The notes: generated by a model from the letters alone, not told the origin. Shown: positions 14,201-29,200, counted from the first letter of the stretch. The stretch is DNA of 64,000 nucleotides from Ginglymostoma cirratum (GCA_024137785.1 JAHRHZ010000024.1:7960889-8024888), one strand, 5' to 3'. A program made the numbers and translations.

Positions 14201-17200
14201 TGGATAGTTCTGCAAACTCAAGTGAAAGTTCAGGTGCTATCAAAGGTCTAGTGTAGATGGAACGTGCCTCTTCTCTACATAGAAGTGGCATTTTATGAAT
14301 AATAGAAGGACCTCTGCAGCAACTCAAAGAATGCGGCCACACTTCAGCATTTATTATTGTCTTATTTATACAGGTCAACAATGTTCTAAGATATACATGA
14401 AACTGTGTACTCTGATACAGTACAGTCACTTCAGTCACTATTTTTCACAATGTCAGCCCATTCTCATCCCTTACCTTTCCAACTGAGGAAATGTTGTTCT
14501 ATGAGCTGTCATCAGCGCACCTATTATCATTCCGAGATTGGAGCGTCCCACTCCAGTTTGACAGTTAAAGAGGAGGGCAGGAGGTGGCTTGCAGCAATCT
14601 TTGAAGGTGATGCTTGGGCATTCCTGGAAAATCAGAAGATGGATATTCAAATATCACAGAGTAAGACAGACACCAGACTATTCAAATCATGAATCCACTT
14701 AGTGTTCCAATATAGGGAAAGACGATGAGCTGAATTTTAGCAGCCTTCTGGAGATTGCAATCAAGATGCTTCATAAAATGGCACCAGCAAAATTGGGAAC
14801 AGAGTCCAACAGTATTGAGGGCGGTCAATTAAGCCAAAGAATTGCTCAGTTAGCAGCAACTCCAACCCTGCTGGCATTTGACTAGTGATTGGCAGGTTTC
14901 CACCACCTGGGGAGACTGCCGGGTAAATCCCAGTGGCTTTCCTGTTCCCAGGGGCCTGATCTTCATTTGTAGCAGCACCATAGGCTGCAGAAGGCCTCCT
15001 AGCACTGTTTCCCTGCTGCCAACACATTAAAATATAAAGCTTATCTGGTGCCTTGACATGAGGTTGCGGCCCACTTTCATACCCAGTTCCAGAATATGTT
15101 TGCACTTGGAAAATCTCAGTCCCATTTGAAAAAGTTGTTTCGTGAATGAATGGTCAAAGTTCAAGTGTAAACGCAAACTAGGATCAGCTAGGTTATTTTC
15201 TGCTTTGAGCCATTGCCATTTGTTTTTCATTTTTCATCTGAGCCGTTAGCTATGTGTTAAAAAGGACACCAGATGCATGAAATGCTGAGCATGCTTCTAT
15301 ATTTTGGTATTGTATGAAAAAACATTAAAAATAAACAAGGCTGCACCTTTACAATCTTGCAATGCAGAAGGTGGCCATTCAACCTACAATGGTAGATCTT
15401 ACAATTTTGAAAAATCAAAAGCTGGATGATTTTTTTTTATTCATTGGTAGGATGTGGGCGTCGTTGGCTGGCCAGCATTTATTGCCCATCTCTAGATACC
15501 CTTGAATGAATAAATAAATAAACAAAAGCTCCCTTCCAACTGTATTGTTCTTTTCCTAATTGTTCTAATTTTCAAGGCTAATTTTCAAGGCTATGTCTTT
15601 GAGATTTACTATAAACAAGGAAGCATTGACAACAATAAAAAAAGGAATCCAGGAGATATTTATAACTGACAATTTAATCAATATTTTTCATTTTGCACTA
15701 TCAGCCCAAGTCAGAACTACTCTTTCTGATTCTATGGAAATCCACCAACAAGCAGACATAGGAAAGGAGTTTTGGAAAGGGGTGGAATGCCTGGGACAGG
15801 AGAGAGTGCAATGTTTCTTGTGGAGATCAGAGAGTTATTCCTGGCCATCCGAAAGAAAATTTTTAACCATAGCTCAGAGAGACCTTTCAACCTTTCAGAC
15901 CGTGACTGCACTGTTTCCACTACTCAACCTGTTAAACTACTTAGAGTTAGTTGCGAAGGAGGAGAGCAAAATCCAATCTTTACTTAGTTTTAGATTTATT
16001 AACAAAGTGAGAGATGACACATATATAGCCCCTGGCTCTCCAACTCAATACCGACGTCAATAAGTGTTTATTTAAATGCACAAAAGTCATTATCTTATTT
16101 GCGTTCCACATCTGTGGACACTTCACCTTAATTTTCACAATTAACAAGGAGGGAGCTCCTGTGGTACAGTGGTACTGCCTCTATCTCTGAGCCAGGCGAC
16201 CCACACTCAAGTGCCACCTGCTCCAGAAGTGCATAATAATATCGCTGAACAGATTGATTAGAAAATGCCTACAATTAACAAGGAGGGAGCTGTTGTGGTG
16301 CAGTGGTAGTGTCCCTACCTCTGAACCAAAAAAAAGGGATCAAATCCCACCTGCCACCAGAGCTGTGTAAGAATATCTCTGGACAGGTTGAATAGAAAAT
16401 GTACAATTAACAAAGAAGAGTTCCTTATGGTGCAGTGACATTTCCCTACCTCTGAGCAAGGAGGCAAGCCTTCAACTCCCACCTGCTCCAGAGATGTGTC
16501 ATATCATCTCTGAACAGGCTGATTGGAAATATGCGCAATTAACAAGGTGCAGGATAAAATGCAACCTGTAATGCGTTGGTGCATTTTGATTGCAATGTAC
16601 TTTAACCTGAGCATGCACTCCTCAGTCATAAATTACAGGAAGCAATTAAAATTCTGACCTTTGAATTTGCATTGAAATTGAAGCAGTAAGTCTTTGTTGT
16701 GTTTACATACAGGACCCCTGCTGTAAAGTACATCAACATTCCTGCGCTTGCTTGCATTTCTGATTGATTAATAAATCACTTTTCTGGTGTATAAATTCTG
16801 TTAATTGCTTTAGATGGGATGTTGAACAAATGCTTCAGCATGTCTCCTGAACTTTATTCTGCCTAACAGAAAGTACATCTTCTGCAGATATTCATTCTTT
16901 ATGGGCTTGAACATCTGGCAGTGTTCAACCTCATGTTTTCCTGGAATGTCTTGTGAAATTGTAATTGCTGAACCTCAAACATCTGAAGACATTTCAGCCT
17001 GCAACATCTGGTGAGGATGAAATCTCCTTGCCTAAGACATCTAGGGATCTTTCATCTCTTCATGTCTAGCATCAATCCTAGTGAAAATTAATGAAATTGT
17101 AATCTACTGATCATATATCTCATTATCCTCAACAAATGCTCTGACTTACCCTGACTGTACTGATGAAGGCATCAAAGTCTGCTTCTTCTAGATTAGTATC

Positions 17201-20200
17201 AACCAGCAAAGGTAACCGTTTATATCTGGGAGAAAATATGCAGAACATATTGTCAATCTCATCAGCTGCACTATGGCCAACGATGTTATTTATGGGCTAG
17301 AATAAAGCTGCATTTAATCATTGTTAAAGCTTTTCATACTGCGTTTCTCTGATCGCTTTTATTAAGAAAAATGGCTACCGTAGAGGCAATGTTCCATATA
17401 TAGAATGGATCCACCAAACTGTTCTTAATGATGCTGATTAAATGGGGGATGTAGGTAAGATATTTGTAGTGCTGTGGGATCTTTTTCCATCCACCTGAAA
17501 AACTAGAGCAGGTAATTGGTCTTACTCAAATCATGACACCCCTTCACATTGCAAGGGTGAGTCTAGGTTAAGCACACAAGTCCTGCAGTTTGGCTAAACT
17601 TTCTGACTCAGAGATGGGCATACTTCCAAAAGAGCTATGCTGACACAAAATGAAAAGAACAAAGAAAAATTCATAGACTAATTACAAGGGCATTAGTTTG
17701 GTCATGACAAAGGAGAATCCAAACAGATTTGGAGAGAAGTTAAAAGGAAACAATTCTGAAGGCAGTTAGGAGCAATGAAATTAATTTCTCAAGAAATATT
17801 AAACCAAATAAAATACTCTGAATGCGTGTAATAAATAAAAATAAAATCATAATGGGTATGGAGCCACGAAGGGATGATCAGGATAAAATGCCAGGCAGAA
17901 AAATGGTAGAAGTACTAAATAAGTATATTGCTTCAACAGTGACCATGGAGACTGATCAAGTGAATGTGATATTGGAAGATGAGAATGGAAATGATGTAAA
18001 TGTATTTTTAAAAATGACAAATATTAAATAAACTAATCCAACGCAAATGGCCTCTCGGCTATTCTGCACATTTTAGAAGCATCTAGAGAAGCCACAATTG
18101 AAGCATTATTACATTTGTTGAATAATTAATTTGCAAAAGATATAATGCCAGATAGCTAATGTTATATTTAGGAAGAGAGATGTCCAGAGAATTATATATC
18201 GGTTAGCATAACAAAAGTGGAAATGAAAATAATGAAGCCCCTGCTATCAGAGAAAATTTAAAAACATGTAAAAACTCAAAATGTAACAATACATCATCAG
18301 CACGGATTTCAAAAGAGAAAGTCTTATCTTTTCTCTTCATGGGACAGACTAGAACTCATGAAATGATTTAAAAATAAGAAATCTTTCATTTCATTGGAGA
18401 TAGGAGGAAATTTTACTCTCTGAAGATTGAGAGTCTTTGGAATTCTCCTCTCCAGAAAGCATGGAGTCAAAGTCATTGAATATTTTTAAAGACAAAATGG
18501 ATAGATTCTTGACGAAACCGTGAATTGAGTGGGAGCTCTTGGGAATGTGCAGTTAAGGCCACAAATAAATCAACCATGATCTTATTGAATGGAGAAGCTG
18601 ATTCAAATGGGCCAAATGGGTTAGCTCTACTCCTGATTCATGTGTTGACATACTCGTACAGGAGTATAGTGTGGTTAAACAATGAAAAGACTGGTAAAGA
18701 GTCATCAACAATATCTACGGATTGTATCAGGGAAAGTTAGTGAAGTTGGGTCAGCTGTGAATCTCAACCGCTGTGTCAGGAATACGAATGAATAAAAGCA
18801 CCTGAAGAATGGCATCGTAAAGATGTGGCATCTATAGATCTCTTCTGATAAACGAATGTCATCTTCATTCTCAATTTTCTTCGGGACAGGCTCAGCAACA
18901 AATTGTTCGGTATCATTGTATACAAAGTAAGTTTTGTTGCTCAAGGCAGCGAAATCCAGCAGCTACACATATCAGAAACGGAAAGATTACTTTGCCTGTA
19001 CAACTTTCTCAGCATTCCAACCATAGATTTTAAAATTCATGTATGGGATATAGGCATTGCTGGCAAGGCCAGCACTTTTTTGTCTGTTCCTAGCTGCCCT
19101 TGTACAAACCTATCGAATGGAGAAGCTGATTCAAATGGGCCAAATGGGTTAGTTCTGCACCTGATTCATATGTTGACATACTCGTACAGGAGTATAGTGT
19201 GGCCTTTTACCTGCACTCAATCTTTTCATTGAGAACTGTCGATGTGACATTAGTCGCCTCAATTTCTCTGCCCCTCTCAACAAATCCAACCTATCTCCCT
19301 CCAAACTGACTGCACTCCATGCACTCAGATCTAACCCTGACTTTGTCATCAAGCCTGCCAATAAGGATGGTGCTGTTGTTGTCTGGCGGACTGACCTCTA
19401 CCTTGCAGCGGCTGAGCGACAGCTCTCGGATATGTCTACCTACCTTCCTCTGGACCATGACTCCAACATGGCACATCAGGCCATTAGATCCACTACAGCA
19501 ACGGATCTCATTTCATCCGGTGATCTCCCCTCCTCCTCTGCTTTCAAGCTAATAGTTCCCCAAACCCACACAGCCTGTTTCTACCTCCTGCCAACTTCGA
19601 CAAGGGAGCCTCCAAAATGTCCACCTTCTTCCTCAACCAAGGTTTTCCCAGCTCCGTTGTCAACAGGGCCCTCAACCAGGTCCGCCCCATCTCCTGCACT
19701 TCTGCTGTCACCCCTTCTCTTCCCTCCCGCAACAGCAATAGGGTTCCCCTTATCCTCACCTACCATCCCACCAGCATCCACATCCAGAAGATCATCAGAC
19801 GCCATTTCCGCCATCTCCAGCAAGATGCCACCACCAGACACATATTCCCCTCCCCTCCCTTGTCCACCGTCCGCAGGGAACGTTCCGTCCGGGACACCCT
19901 GGTCCACACTTCCTTCACCCCCAACATCTCCCCACAGCCCTACGGCATCTTCCCCTGTAACCGGCGAAGGTGCAACATATGCCCGTTTACCTCCTCCCTC
20001 CCCAATATCCAGGGGCCCAAACATACCTTCCAGGTGAAGCAATACTTCACCTGCACATCCCAGAATCTAGCTTAATGCATTCGTTGCTCACAATGTGGTC
20101 TCCTCTACACTGGGGAAACGAAGCGTAGACTTGGTGACCGCTTTGCAGAACATCTATGTTCTACTCGCAAAAAAGACTCTGAACTACCTGTTGCCTGCCA

Positions 20201-23200
20201 CTTCAATGTACCACCCTGCTCCCTGGCCAACATCTCTGTCTCTGGCTTGCTACAGTGCTCCAGTGAAACCCAATGCAAGCTGGAGGAACAACACCTCATT
20301 TTCTGCTTGGGGACCCTACAGCCCTCCGGACTCAATATTGAGTTCAATAATTTTAGGGCCTAAACTCTCCCATGTCCCAGCTCCCCACCCCACACACCAG
20401 GCTTCGTTACCACATAGCCTGTCATTACACACCCCCTGTTGTTAGTCACTAACAGTCCCCATTAACAACTATTCATCCTCCCAGCCTGATCGTTAGCAAC
20501 TCCTTTGTCTGTCCAACTGTCTTTCTCTCTCTCTGGGCTCTATCCTATCGTTTACTCCCTACCCCACCCACCTCCCTATTTTCTGCATATAAATTGATGG
20601 TTTCCCAGCCACTATGAGTTCTGAGGAAGGGCCGCCAGACCCGAAACGTTAACTCTGTTTTCTCCTTCACAGATGCTGCCAGACCTGCTGAGCTTTTCCA
20701 GCAACTTTGTTTTTGTTCTTGTACAAACTGGCTGACTAAGCCATTTCAAAGGGCAATTAAGAATCAAACCACATCACATCACTCTGGGTCAGGGGTCTCA
20801 AGTGGGTCTGATGGGGTAGAGACAGCAGATATCCTTCCTGCCTACTCTATCCCTGTAACCCTGCAATTCCTAGGGCTAATCCACCCAGCCTGCCCATCCC
20901 TGAAAACTGTGGGTAATTTAGCATGGCCAATCCACCTAACATGCACACCTTTGGACTGTGGGAGGAAACTCTCACAGACACAGGGAGAATGTGCAAACTC
21001 CATACGGTCGCCCAAGGCTAGAATCAAACCCAGGTCCCTGGCGCTGTGAGGCAATTGTGCTAACCACTGAGCCACCATGCTACTGTGCCACCCAATGGCA
21101 CAAGAATAGGCATGCCAACATCAGTGTTCACACTCAGATTTCTATTTTCCTTACAGAGGGGCAGCACAATGGCTCAGTGGTTAGCACTGTTGCCTCACAG
21201 TGCCAGGGACCTGGTTTCAATTCCAGCCTCAAGTGACTCCCTGCGTGGAGTTTGGACATTCTCCCTGTTTCTAAGTGGGTTTCCTCCAAATGCTGTGGTT
21301 TTATCCCACAGTCCAAAGATGGGCTGTTTAGGTGGGCTGGCCATGCTAAATTGCCCCATAGTGTCCAGGGATACATGGGTTAGTCATGGGAAATACAGGG
21401 TTGTGGGTGTGAGTCCTGGTGGGAAGCTCGTTGGAGGGTCAGTGTGGATTTGATGAACAGAATGGCCTGCTTCCACATTGTAGGGATTTCTTTTGGGAAA
21501 AATAGATCAACATCCCCAGCATCAAAGTATTAACCACGCTGAATCCGCTCCGCTGGGTAGGCCCCATTGTTTTTAAGCATGACACACGGTCCTTGACACA
21601 AGTGCTGTACCTGGAGATTGAACAGGGTAAGTGAGCCCCAAAACACTAACAAGGACTCTCTAAAATCCTCCATGAAAAAGTGCAACATATCCATCAATAC
21701 CTTCGAAACCTTGGCCCAAAACTTTCAAAATAGGAGGGAAAGCCAGTGGGAACATTCCGTACACCTCAGGTCCCACGCCAATGATGAACTGAGGTCAGGT
21801 GTTGATAGACAAAGCAACTCATGGAAAACCAGCATCGCAGCCTCCCATTCTCCCAAGCCTCATCTGTCCGTCCTGTGACAGAGATTATAGGTTGTGCATT
21901 GGGCTTTTCTGTCACCTGACAAAGCAACCATGAGGGCTTTCCTAAGAAGGAGGACACACTCACCCACACACTTAGACACAATATGGGGAAATTCCCGCTT
22001 TATAGAATGTGTCCTATTACAGACAAGTCAACAAAAGATCCAATAGTCAGCATGGACTTTCAAAGCTTTACTTCACGGGTAAACAACTGGTAATTAAACC
22101 TTTACATAAATGCAATAATCAACAGAATTAACAAATGTCACTCAGAAAGCTTTGGTGTGGAAAACATCAGAAATTCACATGCCTCCTTTTTAATGACTAA
22201 TTCCAGTTCATCCACTTGATTTCTTGGAGTAACGTTGTGGAGATTTTCCTGCAGATTGTTGCGATCACGTGGCGTGTAAGGAAAAAAATCATCATCTTGG
22301 TGAAACAAAATGATTGGTTCCTCACGAACATTGAAGCAAATGATTTCCTGGAGTTTGTAGATTTAGAAAAAGACATCTTAGGTTGGTGGCAGAGTTTCAA
22401 CGAAACAATTATCATGATTCACTTTATATTTTTAAAAAATAAAGAGTATTCTTACAAAAATATCACATATAAAGATTTTTGGTTACAGCATCCGGAGATT
22501 TTGAAATAATTTTACACTCAATCTACAGCTCATCAAAATTTACACTTAGTTTAATGAGATGAGCTATTCGGGGAGGGGTAAGGGAAACATGAGCTAGCAT
22601 GGAAGATATGAAGGGACATAAAAGGTGTGTGGAGAATTTGAACTGGTATGAATAGGACATGGAAATAGGTGAGAGGGATTGATGGAGTCAAAGAGAGGAG
22701 AATCAAAGGACCCAATATTAAACATAGTCGCAGTGAAAATGTCCAAGGAACTGAGGTGGGCCTCATCACCAGCACTTCTTAACAGTCTCAGCCATCTGAT
22801 CTGTATCCAGCATGCTTCCCTCAATCACACACTCACACCTCAAGCCCCACAGCAGGAAATTGCATTATTCAGGGAAAAATTTCCTGACTTGATCTACTAG
22901 CCTTCGAGCCTGGATTACAGGTTTCCAATTGGAGGAGCTCCTTTCACCACCAATGCTTGTTATGAGGAAAATGTAGAATGCAACCTTGTTTGGTAAAATA
23001 TCAAAAATCCGTATTTATATGGAATTATTAATGCGGTGAAATATTCCGATGTGACAATGAAAGCAGGACACTAAGAGAGCTATTAGGACAGGCAATCAGA
23101 AGGTTGGGCAATCATGTAGATTTTAAGAATCAACTTAGTAGAGAGAAATAGAGGGATCGAAAGGCAGAAAGGATGTAGAGGAGAAGTTCTGAGTTGAGGA

Positions 23201-26200
23201 TTTAAGCTGCTGAAGGATGGCTTACACTGGTCAATAGTGAGCCATAAGTCAGTATTACAGGTTAGCCTGTTACTGCAACCTGAAAAAGATTTAAAACATT
23301 CCAGCTTTTAAAACAGTCAGCTCAATGATATCAGGAGAGTATTTTTATCAATGTTTATGCCTATCTGCCCAATTTGAAAAGTAAACTTCTCATTTTCCTA
23401 TCATTGTACTTGACAGTCAATTTTCACTGCTCATACACTGAATGCTAACAAAACATTTTGCAGGGCATTGTCAATTCAGCTTTAATTTTATACTGAAACC
23501 TATCTTCATGGAGGATATGTAAAATGTGGTCAAGCATTACGGGGCTTCCATTCCACTTTGAAGGAACATTGAAAAATGAAGTGACAGCATATTGTGGCAA
23601 ATATTTTATCTGTTCTTTATAAAAATTTTTCAGATATACTCAGCCATTGCCAAGGATCGGTTCAAGGGAGGGTAGGAATGGGAGGCAGAAGGAAAACATA
23701 CCACCAATTTGATGAGGTAGACAATAGATTCTGTAGGCAAAAAACAAACAGCAGCATCCAGCCTGAGCAATACACATGAGGAGGCTGATGACCAAAGGTT
23801 TTCCCATAGCCCACTGACAATACAACTATTCCAAAAGAAGCCATTGTACCACGATAACCCGGTGCTGTGCGAATTTTGACCTTGTCCACCCCAATCCAAC
23901 GCTGACACCTCCACATCTCTGCATTTATGACTCTGCTTACTTCAGCTTAGCACCAAACTACGATTTACCTACATCAATTGATGTACTCATCACGGATGAG
24001 ACAGCAGCACTGGTCAACGCTGAACTCGTTGCTCACCTGATGTCCTTCCTCCTTTAGTCTTTGCAGTACTTTGCAGAAGCTTTTCATTGTTGGCTGTCCC
24101 ATGCCGTACACTGGATAACCAGGGTAAGCCTGGCGAAAGTTTGGTGCCCCATAATTACTCATAGTGAGAAGAGCATCGACTTTATTGTTGAGATCTTTGA
24201 CCATGAAATATTTCCCCTGTTGAACATATAGTGAAATACTGTGTCACCAAGAGCGCCATTTATTGGAGACCTTTGCAAATGGTTCATCAATAAATTGATG
24301 CCTCAAGCAAATAATTAAGCAATGGGTTCAACTTCTGAATTTCCAATTCTACATTCAAAAATATTTTTAATCAACTTTTTTTGACACCTCTCCAGGGCAA
24401 CCAAGATTCAAACATGGACCATGTGGCCCAGAAGCAGGAACACTACCACTGCACCATGAGGGCCCCAAACTCCTTTCGATCAACCCATTCAAATGTGATA
24501 TGACAGACCTCAACGGCAGATGGAACCTGAACACTGACCTTCTGGTCCAAAAGTAGGGATACTCCATGCCACAATTCTACATTCAGTTGTAGTATTAATC
24601 AGGTCAACTGGAAATTACCATAGAGTCATACAGCATGGAAACAGACTCTTCAGTACAACCAGTCCATGCCAAACATAATCCCAAACTAAACTAGTCCCAC
24701 CTGCCTGCTCCTGGCCAATATCCCTCCAAACCTTTCCTATTCATGTACTTATCCAAATTTTTTTAAACATTGTAATTGTACTCACATCCACCACTTCGTC
24801 AGAAAGTTCATTCCACGCACGAACCACCCTCTGTGTAAAAAATCTGCCTCTCATGTCTTCCTTAAATCTCTCTTCTCTCACCTTAAAATTGTGCCTCTAG
24901 TCTTGAAATCCCCCATCAAGAAGTCTCCCTGTTATAGGACAGATGTTGTGAAACGCGAAATGGTAGAGAAAAGATTTACAATAATGTTGCCAGGGTTGGA
25001 GGGTTTGAGCTATAGGGAGAGGCTGGATAGGCTGGGGCTATTTTCCCTGGAACGTCGGAGGCTGAGGGTTGACCTTATAGAAGTTTATAAAATCATGAGG
25101 GGTGTGGATAAGGTGAATAGACAAGGTCTTTTTCCCCCAGGTATGGGAGTCGAAAACTAGAGGGCATAAGGTGAGAGAGGAAATATTTGAAAGAGACCAA
25201 AGGGGCAACTTTTCCAGTTTGAGACAGAGTGGCACTGAGAATTGTGTGTATGGTATGAGCTGCCAGATGAGGTGGTGGAGGCTGGTACAATTGCAACATT
25301 TGAAAGGCATCTGGATGGGTATATGATTAGGAAGGGTTTAGAAGGACATGGGCCAAATGTTGGCAAATGGGACTAGATTAATTTAGGATATTTGGTTGGC
25401 ATGGATGAATTGGACCGAAGGGTCTGTTTCCATGCTGTACATCTCTATGACTCTACGACTCTATAAGTCCATAGAGGTACTCTCCACAATAAGTCTTACA
25501 ATCTCTAGCTGACAATGTTAGTTTGTAATATACAAGCTGTAGGTATCTGCCTCTGGGTGTGTCAGATATAAATATGCAATCACAGGAACTTGCTCTTAAG
25601 TCCCATTTTCTCATAATCAGAAGAATGTAAGTACTCACATAAGTACCAGGCACCCTTGATGCAGTGGTGATGATGGATTGGACAAGGAATCGAGTGCAAA
25701 GCCATACCTCATGGACTGAGAATTAATAATTTAGAAAGAAAAGCGCAAAGGTTGAAAATCCAAGAACAGAAAATGTATGTCAGGCCATCAACCATAACAA
25801 CATTTTAGGTTTAGGGCTTCGGTGAGTAGAATCAGCAGAAAGAGTGTGAAACAGTTACTTCTATAAAATAGACATTTTGGATTGAAAACAGTGGTGGAAA
25901 AACAACATCAGACAGGTCATGTTCATATCTACTTTCACAAAGAAGCAGTCAACCTTCCAGATTATTGTGACATAGTAAGAACTGCCGATGCTGGAGTCTA
26001 ACGTAACACAGTGTGGAGCTGGAGAAACACAGCAGGCCAGGCAGCATCGGAGGAACAGGAAAGCTGACATTTCGGCTCAGGACCCTTCTTCAAAAAATTA
26101 TTCTGTCCTGTACAAAGTGTGTATTCGTGGATGCATAACACAAAATAAATTGCATACCACTATTTTCAAGAACACTATGCAAGTATATTTCTAACTCAGT

Positions 26201-29200
26201 ATCACAGGGTGTACCACTAGTGGCTTCCAGTGTGAGTGACATGCTTTCAGGCAATTGGAGCTGAATCCACTGCATATTCTCTAAGAAATTTAAAGGATTA
26301 GGTCAGGTATCAACAGGCTGATACAACCATGCACAAGGGTTACAATTGACCATCAAATATAATGGGAGGAAAGCTTTTCTTATTCATTGGACCCTTTTGT
26401 ACTATTTAAAAATAAGCTCAACAACTTGTAGCAAAGGTAATTAGAGACAGAGTGGCACGAAGAATTGTTGAGTTAATGAAAGTCTGCCTAACAACAACTG
26501 TCTGATTGGTTGAGCTGCAGTTTGCAACAGAGCTGTAAGTACAAGGCAGCCAGAGACATCCCAGAATCTGAAAATGTCACTCTGGCCCGTTCTCTCTCTG
26601 GGTGAAAGGACAAAAAAACCAAGAAAGCTAAAAGGAAAAATTCCAGCCAAAATACTTAGGTGCTTTGGATCAACTATCATATGAAGAGTGACAATTGCAT
26701 AAACAACAAGAACATTATCTTTGCTGAAATAAAAAGGAACTATGAGAGATAATTTAACTCACCGTTGTTATGAGGACTTTTAATCTTCATAATGTTGTTC
26801 ATTGTCTATAATTTTTCCATGTATCTGTATCAAATCATTTGTCCTATCTTTGTATAAATCATGAACGAGTGCGTGTATGTATTTTGAGGATTTAAAAAAG
26901 TGTGATTGAAATTGCATAGCTGTAGATTAGAGATCCTGTCTTTTGTTGAACCACTTGTTAGAGTTAAATGTTATAATAAATAGTGTCACTTTCTGTTAAT
27001 GACAACCTGATGTGAATTACTTTTGTTCTGAACGGTGTTTGTGAGGTAAATTCACTGTCTTGGTGGTTTATTAGGAATTCTAAAGATTTTGCAATGGCTT
27101 GCAGAAGGACGGGACAATCAATATGCTCTTCTCACTCAGGTCATAGCAAAGACCTGGGGATAACAGCACAAAAGGAACATAAAATAGAGGATGATCATCC
27201 TGCATTGCATGCAGATTCTGCAAGTCAGTTCAAAGGACACAAACTTCCACTGCAAGTCGACTGCACAATGACAATACAAAATGGCTGTCACCCGCAGGCA
27301 GATTGGGTGGAGTAGGTTGTAGATTTTCTCTTCAGGAATGGAGTAAAATTGTTTGATTTGAAGCTTTGCTAGGAGCAATTACATTCATCATGCCAACTCT
27401 GATGCAATAATGTCACAGATCTGGCATCACATTGCACTTCAATGGCAAGACATACATTCATGAGTATGAACTTTGCAAATTATGGCCTCAAAAATCATTA
27501 CTATTGCATTGTTTGCTCTAATTAGCTTCCTGTTATGTCAGCAAACCAACAGTAATTAGATGCCAACTTAAAACTGTCACCTTGGTTTTGCATTTCTGAA
27601 ACAAATTCCACAGTTAAGTTTTGAGGAAGGGTCACTCGACCCGAAATATTGACTTTGATTTCTCAACACAGATGCTGCCAGACCTGCTGAACTCACCGAG
27701 TTGCTTACCCCTAGAGGTCTCCTTTTTTACCATATGAGTGGCCATGCTCTTTTGCAACCAAATCCATTAGTTCCAGGCTGGCAGCATCTGAAGTGGTGTG
27801 CAGTCAGTCTTAAATATGGTGCTAGCAGCCTGAACTCCAGAAGGTCCTGGCAGTGGAAAGTCATTCCCCTACTCCTGCCATGCAATTCCACTGAACAGAC
27901 ATCATACAGCCCAGATGCATGATTAACGAGGTGAACAGTAGAAGATTGCATGACAAATGTCACCGTGAGTCGCAACAAACCAGGAGTCATCAATATCAAC
28001 TAAAAAAAGATTTTGCCTGAAGATGGGAAAATATTTCAAAATCACAAGGTTTTGAATAGCATTGTGCAGTACCTATCAATAAAAAAAGTCTTATAAATTG
28101 ATTTCTTTTAATTCAAACATGCCCTCACATTATAAATTCACGATAGATGCAGAAATTGTCTAATATGACCTTACTATAAAGGTATCATTTAAATGATATT
28201 TAATCTTTAACATATCTTAGGTTGACATATTAGCAACTTAATTACAGCACAATGCAATAATATTTACTCATATATCCTTACTCTTTGAGCAATGGATGCT
28301 CAAAATGTACAAGAACATGCTTTAGAGAAAGCAGGTGACTTACCTGGACTAGGTAGTGCTCAGGTAAATTATCATTCATACAACCAATGACATAGTGGGC
28401 CTTATGAAAGTCATCATGAACTTGAAATTCTTCCTTCAAATTGTACCTTAGAAACAAACAAAAGGTATGACAATTCACTAAAAAGTTGATTTGGCCATTA
28501 GCCTTACTAGGGAACTTTACTAGGCACAAATTCACTTTTACATTTTCCAAAATTACAACAGTGATTACATTTCAAAAAATTAATTAATTGGTCATAAAAT
28601 GATTTGTAATATCCTGAGATTGTGAATGGTCCTGTATAACTGCAAATTATTTCCTTTATTATGCCAGTGGTATGTCTCAAACAGAAGGAAGACCCCAGTG
28701 CCCTTCCAACGTTCAGAAACTTTTCTGAGTTAAAAAACCTGCCAAGTAGGATTGCATTAAATCCATCAATGTGACAAATCGATGATAACAGAGCCAGCTT
28801 AACTGTCATGAATCTCATTACCCATACTGAAACTCTTACCTCTTACCTCTTACCTTGATAAGGACAGTAAAACAAAACTCTAAACTATAATAACACCTCA
28901 CTATCTCCTTCAGACCTCTTAAATGTGTTTCACAGCGATCGAATTGTAATCACTGTCACCATTACAGGCAAAGCAATTGACAAGATCAGGTGGTGTTGCC
29001 CAGATAAAGGGAGCCCAAAAAGAATTAATGGCTGCTTGATAAACAACTGAAAGTCCTAGACAGAATAAATGGGTTTTAAATAAAAGAATAAGATTGAAAA
29101 GGTATTTATCCCAAAGTAAATATACAGGAAAAGTAATTTATGCTGTGTTAATCTAGTTCATAAGAAGCATAAGAAACAGGAGTCAAAGTAGGGCCTGCAC

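Noticed and set aside
15593-16063. 156-aa plus-strand ORF
   Set aside because: No domain or splice support; probably chance or repeat-derived
16137-16547. CRISPR-like repeat-spacer pattern
   Set aside because: Eukaryotic DNA, the 'spacers' are homologous SINE copies, and there are no cas genes
28833-28855. (ctctta)-type short tandem repeat giving gtaaga on the minus strand
   Set aside because: Ordinary microsatellite with no associated exon
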